From positions 1,034,562 through 1,098,561 of the forward strand of contig JAAOMT010000303.1 of the NCBI GenBank assembly GCA_016748015.1: a stretch of DNA of 64,000 bases, in the 5' to 3' direction. Below are positions 24,791-40,329 of the stretch, piece after piece. Both the position numbers and the translations under genes were made by a program. This stretch comes from Geosiphon pyriformis uo1. Lineage: Eukaryota > Fungi > Glomeromycota. A model generated the notes under the pieces. It was given only the letters and a program-made list of their open reading frames with translations, was not told where the DNA came from and did not search any database. The stretch's first letter is position 1. The number at the start of each line of letters is the position of its first letter.

Positions 24791-26565
24791 TATTCTAGTT
24801 AAATAGTTTATTTTTTATAAATACTTTTTAATATAAAACCAAATTATGTTTTATAATTAATAATTAACTACAAAATAATTAAAACCAAATAAAAAACTGT
24901 TTATTTATAACAACTTTTATTAAAACCAAGTTGGCAAAAAACTTAATATTTAAATATTTTTTTAAATTAAGCTTAAGTAATTCTTTAAGTAACAAAAAAA
25001 TTCCAAAAAATTTGTAAATTTCTTTTTTTTGATAACAAAAATTAATAAATTATTAATATTTAAAAAAACTTTTTTAATCTATTAGTTAATGAAAATAAAA
25101 ATAATTTTATTAAGATATTATTAATTTCAAAAAATTTGTTAATAATTTTTAAATAATAGTTTAATTATTTTTAATTTAAATTATATTATTAATAAAAATA
25201 TTAGCTATTAAATAAAAAATCAAATTAATCTTAAATTTAATTTTGTTAATTTTTATAATAAATTTAATATCTATTTTATATTTACACAAATTTTTATGTT
25301 TTTTAATTTTAAATAAAAAAAAATCATAAAAATTCTTTAAAACAATAAAAAAACTTCTTTTTAATTTAAGTTATTATGTATTTTATAATTATTTATTAAA
25401 TTAAAACCAATCATAATTTTATTAATTTTATTATTATAAATATGTTTAAAAGACCTAATAAATTTTTTATATATCTTAATATTAAATAAGCTGTTTTTTA
25501 AATAATTTTATTTTATTAAAAATTATAGGTTTTTTACATGTTTTGTAAAATCAGTTACAATTTTTAATTTTTTTCAAAGAATTTTTTACTATTAATTACA
25601 TTACAAAAATAAGAAATTAAATTGAAATTTTTTTTAAAACCAAAAAATTATTATTATAAAAAGCATTAAATTTATTACAAGTAAAAAAATTTAATTAGAA
25701 AAATCTTAAAAATTTTTTTTTTAATAGTCTTAATTAACTAAATTTTAGTCAATTTTTTTTTTACTTATAAAGCTTATGAATTATTAATATTCAAATTTTT
25801 TTTCAAGCTTTTAAAACCAATTATTAAACAAATATATATTTAACAAATTTAATAAAAAATCCAAAACAAATTTATTACAATACTTTTAAAATTTATTTTT
25901 AATATTAGATAAACCAATAATCTTACTATTAAGTAAATTTTTAACTATATATTACAATTTATTATTAGTTATTTTTTACTATTTCAGAAAAATTTTATTA
26001 TTAATATTGTTATAAATTAAGAATTACATTTAATACTATTTGTTTTTTAGTTTAACTCTTCATAATTTTATATATTTTAAATTTGACTTTATCAAATTTC
26101 AAAATCAGCCTATTATTTATTACCAGAAAATTCAAACCAACTTTTTTAACTTTTTTACAAGCAAAATTTTCTATGCGTTTAATAATAACCAGCTTAATTC
26201 TGAATTTTTTTGCTACTTGAAATTTACAAAATTTAGATGTCTGATTAACACAAAACTGACTGAATATTAAAAAAACTAGAACTTACATTTACTAAATTTT
26301 AAACATCTAAAGCCTTAGCTTTATTAAAAGATGACCACAAATTTAACAATTAAGGATACACTTAATAAAACAATAAAAAAAATAAACTTCAAATTTTACA
26401 TTTGGTTTTTATTTTGATTCACTATAATTACCCCAGAATTTGTGCAATATTATAAGAACATTCCAAAAGGTAACATTGAAAGCTACGTAGCTTAATATAT
26501 TAATCCCCAATTTCAGTCATTAGAGTTAACTCTTGTATAAACAGCTAATAATTCTGAGAAAATAA

Positions 26566-28322
26566 TTATAGCTTTCCGGTGGTCATACCCCATTTCTTCA
26601 GACGAATACTCTGAATTTTGATGAAGCCTTCAGAGTCGACCGGACTGAAACTACCTTGCACATCCATTGAGCTTTCTTCGATGTCATACAATCGTTCACT
26701 ATCCGATTTCCGTCCCTCAACAATCACATTACCCTTGTAAAGCTTGAGGCTCACTTGTCCATTTACCGATTTCTGGGAGGCTTTCAGTGAAGCCTATCAA
26801 TTTGTTATAAATATCAATTGATTGCCAAAAGAGATAGCAGAACATATTTAATAGCAGAGGGGCATTAATAATACCTGCAAGACATCCAATTCTGGTGAAA
26901 AATATTGCCCGTTATATAAAAGCTGCGACCAGCGAGGGGTGACAAATTCATCACGTAATTGACGAACTTCCCGATCTAATGTTAATCCTTCCAAGTCGAT
27001 ATGGGCAGTACGAAGAATGGTGCCCCCAGGCGTTTCGTAACATCCCCGACTTTTAATTCCGATGAATCGATTTTCCACAATGTCAATACGACCGATGCCA
27101 TTACGTCGGGCAAGGGTATTTAAATAGATGAATAATTCTAGAGAACCAGTCAATGTGGTGTTATCATTATGGTTATGTACTTTGATCGGGACACCATTTT
27201 GGAAGGTAATCGTGACGCGTTCTGGGGTATTGGGTGCTTCTTCAGGATCAACGGTAAGTTGCCACATTTCTTTGGGTGGAGTAACATTTGGATCTTCAAG
27301 AATGCCAGCCTGTGTAAAAATTGACGTTATTCAAATTAAGAGAAGATATGAACCTAATTAATTCTACCTCATAGCTGATATGGTATAAGTTTCCATCCGT
27401 AGACCAAGGTGCTTTAATGGTTTGTTGTACAGGAATATTTTTTTCTGCAGCATAAGCAAGTAAATGTTGTCGCCCAGGAAACCTTTGATAAAATTCTAAA
27501 AGAAAATTTTGCATTCATGCGATATTAATTAGTTTTCTCAGACTATAAAAATTTCTTGTAAAAATACGAGTTCTACTAACCAGGGATGCGCCATGGAGCG
27601 ATAACTCGTATGTCGGGCTTCAAAGCATAGTATGCTAACTCAAATCGAACTTGATCGTTACCCTTACCGGTACACCCGTGTGCTACAAATTGGCATCCTT
27701 CTTTTGTGGCGATTTCAATCTGATAATGATAATAAATTTAAAAATATCCACAATACCATTTTAAATTCATTGAACCAAAGACCATTGGGTAAATTCTTAC
27801 TAACCTGACGACGGGCAATTACAGGGCGTGCGAGAGAAGTACCTAGTAAGTAAACGCCCTATATGAATTATCACAAATATCAAATTTAATTAATTTGAAT
27901 CCAGATATGCATGTCTGATATTTCAAAAAGTTTATCAAGGTTTGCCCTCCTTAATTTTTCTTACTTCATAAATCGCGTTCGCTTGGATCGCTGGGAAAAT
28001 CAATTCTTCTACAAAAACTTTGCGTAAATCCTAGATTTGAAGTTTTTTTATTGCCGATCCCGAGTAATAGATGAACGTCATCTCATCTCATGATTTAATT
28101 GATTTTCAATCTTATCGTTCTATTGAAGATCAAAAATACCTCGATGAAAACGGCTTTTGCACCAATAGATAAAGCCTTTGCTCGCGCTGCATCAAAATCC
28201 TCTTCTTGGCCCACATTAGCCATATAAGCTAACACCTCGTATCCTTGTTCAATTAACCAGACCAAAATACATGAGGTATCAAGACCTCCAGAGTAGGCTA
28301 ATAATACCCTGTCTTTTGACAT
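26566..28322 (-). CDS. ARG1: Argininosuccinate synthase (7 exons)
   Basis: [75 protein letters not shown]; GT-AG introns. Confidence 0.97.
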
Positions 28323-28925
28323 TTTTGTTGTAGATTTTATAAAATTATTGATGTGTCGAAATCGATGATGCCAAAGAATTTAAAAATTGAAGTCGTCGAT
28401 TCTTTGGATTATGAACAGAAAAACGAATGTGCTCCTTTTTATAATATTATAATGATGCTCATGTCGGGCAATTAATGGTAAATCTGATAAGTTTGATCGC
28501 CTTTTTCAACCAGACGGTGGAATTTCTTTTCAGATCTTACCATTAAAGAATGATTTTCATCCATTATTAAACTTATGATCAATCTTGAATGTGATTGGAT
28601 AATAATCAATCGAAATGCTTATCCAATCCAATGTTACAATTGCACAATTATTGATCACTTAAAAGATTTCCATATTATCTTGGAAAATAGATAAGGTGAC
28701 AAGATTTTCTATGATCTTTGTTTTTTGTATATACAGATATTCTGTTCTAGTATAATCAAGAGGCCAAAATTCCCGAGTCTAAAAGTTAAAAAACTTCATT
28801 CTGAACTGGTCACGAATAAGTCAAAGTTTCCTGATAATGGAAACAAAGAGATTTTAAATGTATCATGTTGCTGACTAATAATCGAAAGTTGGTTTTTTCT
28901 GGATGATTAGAAAAAAACAAAATCC

Positions 28926-30715
<1,790 letters not shown>

Positions 30716-30956
30716 ATAGACTGATAAGTTAGGGCCGTGAATAGAGCTGAGTGTTAAGATATATAAGTGTCAAGAAACTGAAATTTTAGTTTATTTCAGA
30801 GTTTGTGCTAGCCATAAACTCGAAGATCGTCCATTTTACCCCCCAACAAAATTTCCTATGATAAAAAATTAATTTTTCATCCTTCCCACTTTTCATCCAC
30901 CTCGATACTTCAAGACCAACCCATATATAACTTTTATACTCATTGCTATTAAAGTT

Positions 30957-33900
30957 ATGAGCATACAAATTGAAAATTCAAGTAGTAATTTCCCTTCAAA
31001 AGTCCCCGATCTTGAAGCCCTACGACTAGCGGCATTACAAACTAGGGGTTTAAGAAAGGGAAAAGAACTAGAAAAACAGACGAAACAAGGCATTCAGATG
31101 CAACAAGAAAAAGAGAATCTAGTTGAGACGGCCCAAGGAAAGACATTGGTCCAAAAGGAACCAATAGCTGAAACCGTTTTCGAAGCCGTCGATCACTCCA
31201 CTAATCTTCAATACGAAGATGAAATCCCCCATAACGATCAGGATGTGTTTTTGCTTAAGAAGGACAGCCTTGAAAGTGTCATGCCTACTGCGTCAATTGC
31301 AATGAGCAAAGGTGATGACCACGACTCTCAAACTAGCTCTGAAAGTGTTCAAAGCCTTCCGCTGGATAACTTGACCAAGGACGAAGTGATGTCTGAGCGT
31401 GAAGAAGGAGAGCTATCTGAAACAGATGAGACTGATATATTTAATCCAGCAGATTTCCCTATTCCAAGCTTTGAAGATAGAAAGGCAATCTCAAATCTTC
31501 ACATTGAACATTCCAGAAGCTCAAATCTTCACATTGAACATTCCAGTAGCTCAAATTTCAATTCTGATTCCTCTAATTCAAGCCTAAATATAAATGGAAA
31601 ATCAAATACTAAGGGTAAGCAAATCAATCACAGTTTTTTTTACTTTAAAGCCTTACATCTAAACTTTCAAAACTTTTGAGCTTTCATTCAATGTCGGACT
31701 TGAAGTTCCACTTCATTTCTTGACTTTTGTGAAAAGTCTAATTTGAAATTTCTAATATGTTTTTCTTTAGCTCAAACTTTTAACAATCAAGAATGCAAGA
31801 CACTTTTCTCTCAACTTTACGATCTTGGTGTTAATTCAAATGATTTGTTGCAAGCAGAAATCCCGCTTGATATTGTTTCAAAGTATTCCAGGGAATTAAA
31901 TTACCCTTTACTTCCCCCTTTCGATAGCTGTACATTTCCGTTATCCTCAACTGATTTCTCACAATCAAGTGCGATGATAGCATCACCTAAGGGTTCCATG
32001 ATGGAGCCAACAAATTTTTCGCAAGTACCACCCATTACACAAACATCACTGCTACAAATCTCATCAACTGTTCAATCCTCATCCATATCATTAAAAATTC
32101 CTACAAATATGAATGGAGTGCAGACTAATTTTTCCTCATTTGATAAACGACACTCCGATAATCCATCGATCCTGAACAATTTGGCCGAGTCATTTATAAA
32201 CCTCGAGCCGAAAAATGATTTGGCAAGTTCTCATGATCTTTACCCATCAAGATCTCACCAATTATCATCATCAATCACATACTCAAGAAGGCCTTCGCTC
32301 CGAACCACAAATCCAATGATCGTACCCACCATGCCCGAAGCTTCAAGTTTGACTCGTGATGGAAATCAGTCAGAGTCACAAGGCCAATTTTTGACTTCCT
32401 CACTGAATAAGGCCGATCCAATTAATAAAACTTCACTACACTCTGCAACCTCATCGGTGTCTAATGCTGGGTCTAATTCAACAAATTTGGTTAATCCGAT
32501 CCAAGACTTATCACCCATTCAACCTCCTATTCAAGACCCGGTCAATCTTTTCCTAGACCAAATCTCTAATAATTCAAGTGCTAAGGTTTCCCCTTCTTGC
32601 CAAATTTTTGAATATTCAACCGAACAGAATAGGTCATTGATTTCACAAGATTTACCTATGAACAATCAGTTGCTCGCAGATCCAATTTCTGAGATTGAAA
32701 ATTCCCTGGGATCTCTTCCTGAAGAGATTTCGATATTTTCACATGATAAGAATACTTCTACATCAACTCCCATCACACTAAATTGCACTCGTCATCCTAG
32801 TTTATCTGCAATCTCAACACCTATAAACCCAACAGTGTTTGTCGCTCCGGTACCGCCTCCTCCTTTGGTCTCGAATCTCTCCTCTTTAAATTTAACTCCT
32901 CATAATAAGAATGATAAATCCGCCTTGATGAATTTCACTTCTTCAAATTCAACCAACAGCAACTCAAAAGTTAAATCAGCTTCTCCAATGTCACCCACAT
33001 CCTTCAATTCGACTCTGAATAACACCCAGGCTAACTTTTTTTCGTCAGAGACACGCACTTCCCCAAATTTATTTATAAATAATACAAAAGCTAGATCAAC
33101 TGGTTCGGTTTTGGCCACTTCAAATTCGACTAAAAATGCAAAATATAAACTTTCCCTATCGAAGCCATCTACTCCAAATTTGGTTAATAACCCAAAAACT
33201 AAATTTGCTCAATTGGAACATCCTACTTCTCCAAATTCATCTTTAAATAACACAAAAATTAAGTCAGTTTCCCCGTCAAATTTCATCAATAACACAAAAG
33301 CTAAAACAGTTTCGTCCGAGCCGCGCAATTCTTCTAATTCGACTTTGAGTATCACAAACAATAAATTTGCTTATTCGGTGATGTCTACCCCAACAATTTC
33401 GAATATCAACGTCAAAACAAAAACAGTTTCCTCGAGGCGTGGCATTTCCAATTCTGCTCTCAGGTCTCCTTTAATGTCGGTGATCGATCAAGGATCCAAA
33501 AAGTTTTTGCAGTCTCCTCAAAAGAATTACATAATTGAATTGAGTGAATCTGACGGCGAGCATCAATCCGAACATGCTGGGATCAGGTTGCAGTCTCGCA
33601 ACCGACTTGGAGTACAAAAGAAAATATCATACAATAAAACAGATATCGAGGAGACGAAGAAACTTGACCCTAAATTTCAACTTGAAGAAAAGGAACGAGA
33701 GATTATGCGAATGAACCAATTGATAGCAAAGAAAGAAGCTGAATACAACAAAGCAAAAACCATTGCTACTTCTGTGCCTAAATTTACGTCATCCTCGCTA
33801 ACATTACCGGAACACACAATTTCTCTTGAACGGGTGGCTACATCATCGAGTATTTCAAACCCTGCTGAATTGGATCTTATCATCAATCTAATTTCTTCGA

Positions 33901-35759
33901 AAGAAACTAAAGAAACTGCTAAGATATCTTACGACTCGCTTGGCTTCAATGAACTTTCTGGCCGGTTAACTGCCGCGAAAAACGCTTGCCAAATTTTGGA
34001 AAAGACGAAAGAAACCCGCCAGAGTGAGCTTTCGGATAAAAAAAATCAGATGGTTTTGCAGGATGAGATAATTCGCGCCAAAGACGATGAAATTAATAAA
34101 CTCGTTCCTCAACTAGAATTTGCTGAGCAAGCCAGAGCAGACGCTCTGAAAAAGAAGGCTGAACTATCAATACAGTCGCAGGCTCTCCAATCGAGAATAT
34201 CTCAAGTTTCAGAGCAAATCATCTCTACAAGAAAGATGATTCAAGAAAATCAAGAAATGTTAGCTGAGCTTTCTCGGAAGTCTGTGGAAACTCAAACAAA
34301 TGACGACTCTCCAAATAATTTGACCGAAAGTAAAAAGGGTGGCAATATAAATGGCAAAAGAAAGGTTCCGCAACTTTCTTCATTACTTGATTTAGCAGAA
34401 TCAAATAGACAAAAGAAAATAAAGTCTAACAGCGAGGCAGGGAAGGAAATGGCCGAACTACGCTTAAAAATGGAGAAAAAACAAACTGAAATTACCGCTC
34501 TTTTAAAGAAAAATCAAGTTTTAGTTGAGAAACAAAAAGGGCTTCTTGCAGCCCAATCTTCCGGATCTATCGGTATTGCAAGCCAGCAAGCCAGGACAGC
34601 AAACAAGGACAATATTCCAGAAGACAACACTTCACAAGGTTTCCAGGTATTGCTTCAGACATAAAAACCAATCGGTCTTCAATTATCTTATGAGTTTTTT
34701 TACTAATTCGTACCTAATAGCCCCAAGCAAGCACTACTTTCAAGCCTTATGTGTCCCCACTTAGCCACTTCCGATCTTACCGATTCGCCCCTAATTTCTT
34801 GGATGTTGCAGGATCTGAAGGATATAAATCGCTTAAATATAGTCACAAAATCGATCCCTTTAAAAAGCTTTGTCTTTTTGAAATGCAGCCTGGTGGGGGT
34901 ATATGCAATGATGACACATGCGAATCTCAACATCACCGAGACTTCGCAATGAGTGGTAGGTTTTATATTTAAAATATTCAACAGATTGTTGACCTATAAT
35001 AATCTCAAAATTAATATAATAATAGAACAAGAAATCCTCGAGGACTTATGTTCGTACGTTGAGGGCACCACCCTTGCCCAACAAAAATACTATCGGGACG
35101 GTCTCGCACAGCTTGTTGCGGAACAACAAAAGCTTGGAAAGAGCATTGGCGACATAATTTCAACTGTGATTGAATATCGCCGAGAATTCTTGGCATCACT
35201 TGGGCAATACAATCGCGAGTTTCCCCGAGTTGTTAGTCTCAATAAGGCCACTGATTTTATGAAAGACGGCTCCTTCGTCAGCTTTCCTCAGGTCAAGTCA
35301 AGGGATGTATCAGTCGGAGAGACCAACCAAATCATTATTGATGATGACCTAATTGAAGAAGAATCTTCTGGGGAAGATGATGACGATGACGATGACGAGG
35401 AGGAGGAGGAGGAGGAGGAAGAAGACGAAGAGGGCGAGGAAGGCGAAGAGGATGAGGATGAGGATGAGGAAGAAGAAGAGGGTGAGCAAGAAGACGAAAT
35501 GGTTGAGGAAGAAGACGAAGGTGAAGATAATGAAGAAGATCGTGTCGAGGTTGATGAGATGAATGAAATTGATCAAGTCGAGGGAATACAAGATATTAAT
35601 GAAGAGGAAGAAAATCAAAACAAAGAAATGGCTTCTTCCGACTCTAGTATCCTTTGGGTGGCTGACCTCATGGATGAGGATCAAGCAGAGGTGAAGTCTG
35701 AATCGGAACCTGACGACGGGATGGTGGGTTCCTTATTCGGGTGGTTGCGTAACATTTAA
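30957..35759 (+). CDS. Red1/ZFC3H1-like zf-C3H1 protein (probable nuclear exosome adaptor, MTREC/PAXT type), 4 exons
   Basis: Exon 3 SPLSHFRSYRF...SLKYSHKIDPFKKLCLFEMQPGGGICNDDTCESQH matches the zf-C3H1 pattern; N-terminal REEGELS motif; long S/N/P-rich disordered region, coiled coil and acidic tail; introns at ~31615-31770, ~34647-34720 and ~34957-35025. Confidence 0.8.
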
Positions 35760-36158
35760 GCTTTGTTCTCTATCAAAAAATATTCAGATATCACCATAAC
35801 GAATCTAATTTTTGTCACTCATACTGATTAAATCAAGCAAAAATGTAGATAAGTGTATAATCATTATGAGGTCTCAATTTATGTAAATAAAATTTCGCAA
35901 AAATCTATCGAGTCTTATTAGACTTAATATTTTAGCATAGGGTTATTTCCCATTGATTTAAATAAATTGAATTTTTTCAGAGCATTTTTGTATCTGAAAC
36001 CAATAAATGTGAACGTGGGGTTGAAAAGCTTTTCATTTCAAAAGTGATGTTATTGATAATATACAAACTAGTGAAAAATAGTTAAAAATCATGGCAGATT
36101 ATCGGGTGCCTATGATCGAGAGAAATTTCTCTCTTTTTGCCCATCATTATTTATTTCA

Positions 36159-38065
36159 ATGAATGATCCTTCTAAGTCTGCTGAACCTTTCTTCTCAGAA
36201 AATAGTCACCTAATTTCACCAGAAGACAAACCTGGTCTGTACATACAATCTCATGGAGTGGATGAAGAAAGTGAGGACGAGTTGACGGTAAACCCCCCGC
36301 AAACATGGTTCGAGAAATTTCGTAAACCCCACATCTTATGGATGATCGCATTCTCACTTTACCTTTCGACAACTACAACCTCGATAATCGCTCCTCTAGG
36401 TTTTTTTCTCTTTTTTTTTCAACTATTCTTTTTCGGTTCACGATTTAATTTAAATTTAATATATCTGGGTTCTTGAATTTATTCATCAGTGCAATTCGTT
36501 CTACAGATTCTATGTTTAGAATACTATACAGATAAAAATGGCAATACTCTACAATCCGCAATTCTCCTTGGTCAATATTCAGATAAAGACGATGATATTT
36601 GTCGAATACCCGAAATCCAGGCAATCGCCTCCAGATTTTTGATGTGGTATCAACTGTGCGGATTCATCTCAGGTTTTAAGAATTTCTTTCTCAAGCAAAT
36701 ATTCCTTCTCTAGGAGTAATTCTATCACGTTTATTAGAAATGCAGTAATCACTATTTCCCCTAGGTCTGGTATCGGTTAGCTTTATTTCTACCTTGTCAG
36801 ATTATAAAGGTCGTCGATTTGTTTTCTTAATATCATGCTCTGGTATTATTCTCGCGATTGCCAACATCATTTTTGTGGCGCATTATTGGAGTTTGGTTAC
36901 TCTAAACTTTTTGTTTGTCGGTGCGATTGTGGAGGGGATGCTAGGAGGAATGATTGCAATTAATACAGCATGTCATGCCTATCTGACTGATTGCATCAGG
37001 CCTGATAATAGAAGTGTAGCTTTTGGTTTCATGCATGCTTCTGCATATTTTGGAATGTCTATTGGACCCATTTTAGGTGGATTTTTGATCAAGGTGGTAT
37101 ATTACATATCAATTATTTTTAGCTTCAATTTCCCTTAATCCGAAGTATGTACGCTCATGGAACTTCCTCATTCTCGTTAACCATTTATAGTTCACTGGAA
37201 CAATATTATCCGTGTTTTACTTTGTCCTTTTTAGTTATATCTTGTTTTTCCTTTTCATTCTCATTGTATTACCGGAATCCGTTTCTCCCGCCATACTTAG
37301 AGAAAGACAGGCACTTTCTTCTCCGACAGTAAAATCAATCCGAGATGTTTTTGTCGCTCTTAAAATATTGAATCAAAAACCCGTTGAATCATATTCTAAT
37401 TCCTGGTGCGGTAGAAATGTCGTATATATTCTTGCGATTATTTATTTCATATATAGAGTTTCACAGGCTGGTATGTAACATGTTTTGAACAAAAATTTCC
37501 CGAAGTAAGAAATCAACTCGAATTTTTTTTGCTTTTTAATTTAGGTCAAAGTGAAATTTTTGTTTTGTATTCGACATATAAATTTCATTGGACTACCCTT
37601 GAAAATGGTTTCTTATTGTCACTACAAGCATTTTCGAAATTCATCGCGTCACTTGTATTTGTCCCACTCTTGAGTTTTGCCTATAAAAAAATTTTTGCGC
37701 CTCCCTACTTTCGAGCACTGGACATATCGATGCTACGAATTGGAATGGGTCTTGAAGTTTTTGGATTTTTATTATTTGCCACTGCATCCCTGCCCTCAAT
37801 GTTTTATTTTGCGTGTGTAATTAATGGTTTAACAACGATAGCAACACCAGCGATACGGAGTTTATTCACCACATTCGTATTGCCCACTCAGGCTGGACAG
37901 ATTCTAGGTGCGTTGAGCGTGATTGAGATCATTGGGAGCGCCGCAAGTCCTTTATGGATGAATCCGTTGTACGGATGGGGGGTGCAGCATAAATTCGCTG
38001 AGATCATCTTTTGGGCAAACGCAGGCTTGTTTAGCTTCGCTTGTTTATTAGGCTTTTTGATATGA
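36159..38065 (+). CDS. Major facilitator superfamily transporter (SLC46/tetracycline-efflux-like), 5 exons
   Basis: LSDYKGRR (motif A), HAYLTD...RSVAFG, GMSIGPILGG, PESV, QAGQILGALS; about 12 hydrophobic segments. Confidence 0.9.
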
Positions 38066-38454
38066 TGACCTACAAAAATAAAAAGTTCACGAGCAAACTA
38101 TGGTTGATAATGTTGATTTGATTTATGGGGGATTAATAAATAATGTTTCTCTCAATAAATATACCAGTCAACGCCTTAATGAATAATTGGTTTAAAAATT
38201 AGTGTGCAGTGTTTGAAAATGGATATGATTTCATTAGGATTGAGGTGATTTTTCTTCTAACCCGAGCTATACAGTGTTGAATCCAAACAAGAAGCAAATT
38301 TCAAAGTAAATGCATTAAAAATTTTTGGTTTTGTAAAAATAATTGATCATCAATCAATCAGCCGATTTTACATTGTAAATGTGATTAGGTGATTAAATAA
38401 AAGTTTCAAGAAATGATTAATTAAAAATATTTCAAGTATAATACTTGATTGATA

Positions 38455-40329
38455 ATGGCAAGTTTAACACCATTCATAGGGGATGAATACGCCTCATTGG
38501 AAAATCTGTTAGAATATTGCAAAAATTTGCCCAAGATCGTATGTATTCTTTTATTAGGATAAAGTAGTTTTGATTCTACGGAATTTGAGAAATCTTTTTC
38601 TATGGAAAAATATATAAAATAACCCGTATTCTGAATAATTTTTAATTTGAAAAAGGAGCTACATGCTCACATTAATGGCTCAATAAGCCCGGAAGTTATC
38701 GAACATTTAGTTGAAAAGAAGAAAATTTCGAAACCGGAATTAACACAGTTCAGGGTTCCTAAAAAATTAAATGATATTAACAAGTTTGGTGTATTTTTTA
38801 ATGAGGGACTGAATAGTCATTTTAAAAAATCATCATTGATGAAAATTTTCATTTTTTTCATTTTTTTTTTTTCTCATTTTTTTTTTTTTCATTTTTAGCT
38901 TTTTCACACTGTTCAAATTTATCTATCAACTAATCGATGATGAAAGTACGGTAGCTTATGTAACCAAAAAGGTTATTCAGGAATTTTGTGATGATGGTGT
39001 CAAATATCTTGAATTACGATCTACACCTAGAAAAGACGAAAAAACTGGTATTTTTTAAATATTAATTTTTAATTTTGTTCTATAGTTTTTTTGTTTAATT
39101 TATTCAATTATTTTCAAAATTGATACAGGAATGACAAAAGATTCTTATGTCAAAACGATCACACAAACGATAGAAAATTGTAAAAAAGAAAATGATATTA
39201 ACGTAAAACTAATCTTAAGCATTGATAGAGGAAATACACTTGAGCAAGCAATGGAAGCTGTTGATCTGGCGATAAAATACCGAGAGGCTGGTGTTGTTGG
39301 GGTAGATCTATGCGGAGATCCTATGGTGAGTTTTAGTGAATGTAGAGAAGAGAAAATTTTTTAAATTTTATTTTATCATTTAATTTTGCAATTAAGATTC
39401 AATGGGAATTTTATTAAATTACATATATATATATATATATATTTTTATTATTTTTGATTTTTGATTTTTTTTGATTTTCAACATGTTTGAAATCAGATTG
39501 GTCACATCGATACAGTGAAACCGGCATTAATCCGAGCAAAAGAATTGGGTTTCAAGATTACAATACATTTTGGAGAGGTGATATTTTCTAATCTAAATTG
39601 ATGGCAAATATTTTTATTTTTATGTGAACTCATTTTTATCCAATATATGACTTGATCATTTAGGTATCTCGTACAATTCCAGAACATCCATCGATGCTTT
39701 CCATCCCACCTGATCGAGTTGGTCATGCAACTCATTTAGACTCAGAATCGCGTGAATTTTTTCTCCGAAATCGTATCCCTATCGAAATGTGTATGACATC
39801 GAATGTGCTTTGTAAAACAGTTTCTAACTACGAGTCACATCATATTCGAGACTTTCTGAATAAGGAACATCCGTGTGTACTTTGTGTGAGTATTGAGGGA
39901 GGGAGGGAGGGAGGGGGAGGGGGAGGGGTGGTGGTGGTACCATTGATTGAGTATGCGGAAAAATTTTCACTGATTTAGACATAGGTGGCATTTACTGATA
40001 CGCTCATTTTTACTTTTTATTTGTGATAATATGAAATCAAAGACTGATGATAAAGGTAATATAATCAAAAGTTTTTTTTTTGAATTAAAATTTTATAATA
40101 ATCAAAGAAGATTTACAATTATTTTATTTTTTTTTTACTTTAAATAAAAGGTGTCTTCTTTTCGGACCTCTCCACAGAATACGCAATTGCAGCCAGTACA
40201 TTTTCATTAACTCGTCGACAATTATTTGATATATCTTTAAAATGTATAGATTGTATATTTGGAGATGAAAAGATTAAGGAAAATCTTAATAATAGATGGC
40301 AAACATGGTGGGAAGAAATGGGGATCTGA
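38455..40329 (+). CDS. Adenosine deaminase-like protein (ADAL/MAPDA, N6-methyl-AMP deaminase type), 8 exons
   Basis: LPKIELHAHINGS, DGVKYLELRSTP, LILSIDR, VVGVDLCGDP, TIHFGE, DRVGH, PIEMCMTSN, CTDDKGVF; the HxHxNGS and CxTSN motifs fit the ADAL subfamily. Confidence 0.92.

Noticed and set aside
7442-26270. Many short I/L/F/K/N-rich ORFs as membrane proteins
   Set aside because: They are sense or antisense fragments of AT-eroded LINE and Gypsy sequence, and the hydrophobicity is a compositional artefact
35349-35684. Alternative-frame basic ORF and antisense hydrophobic ORF
   Set aside because: Shadows of the GAR/GAY acidic-tail repeat of the zf-C3H1 gene
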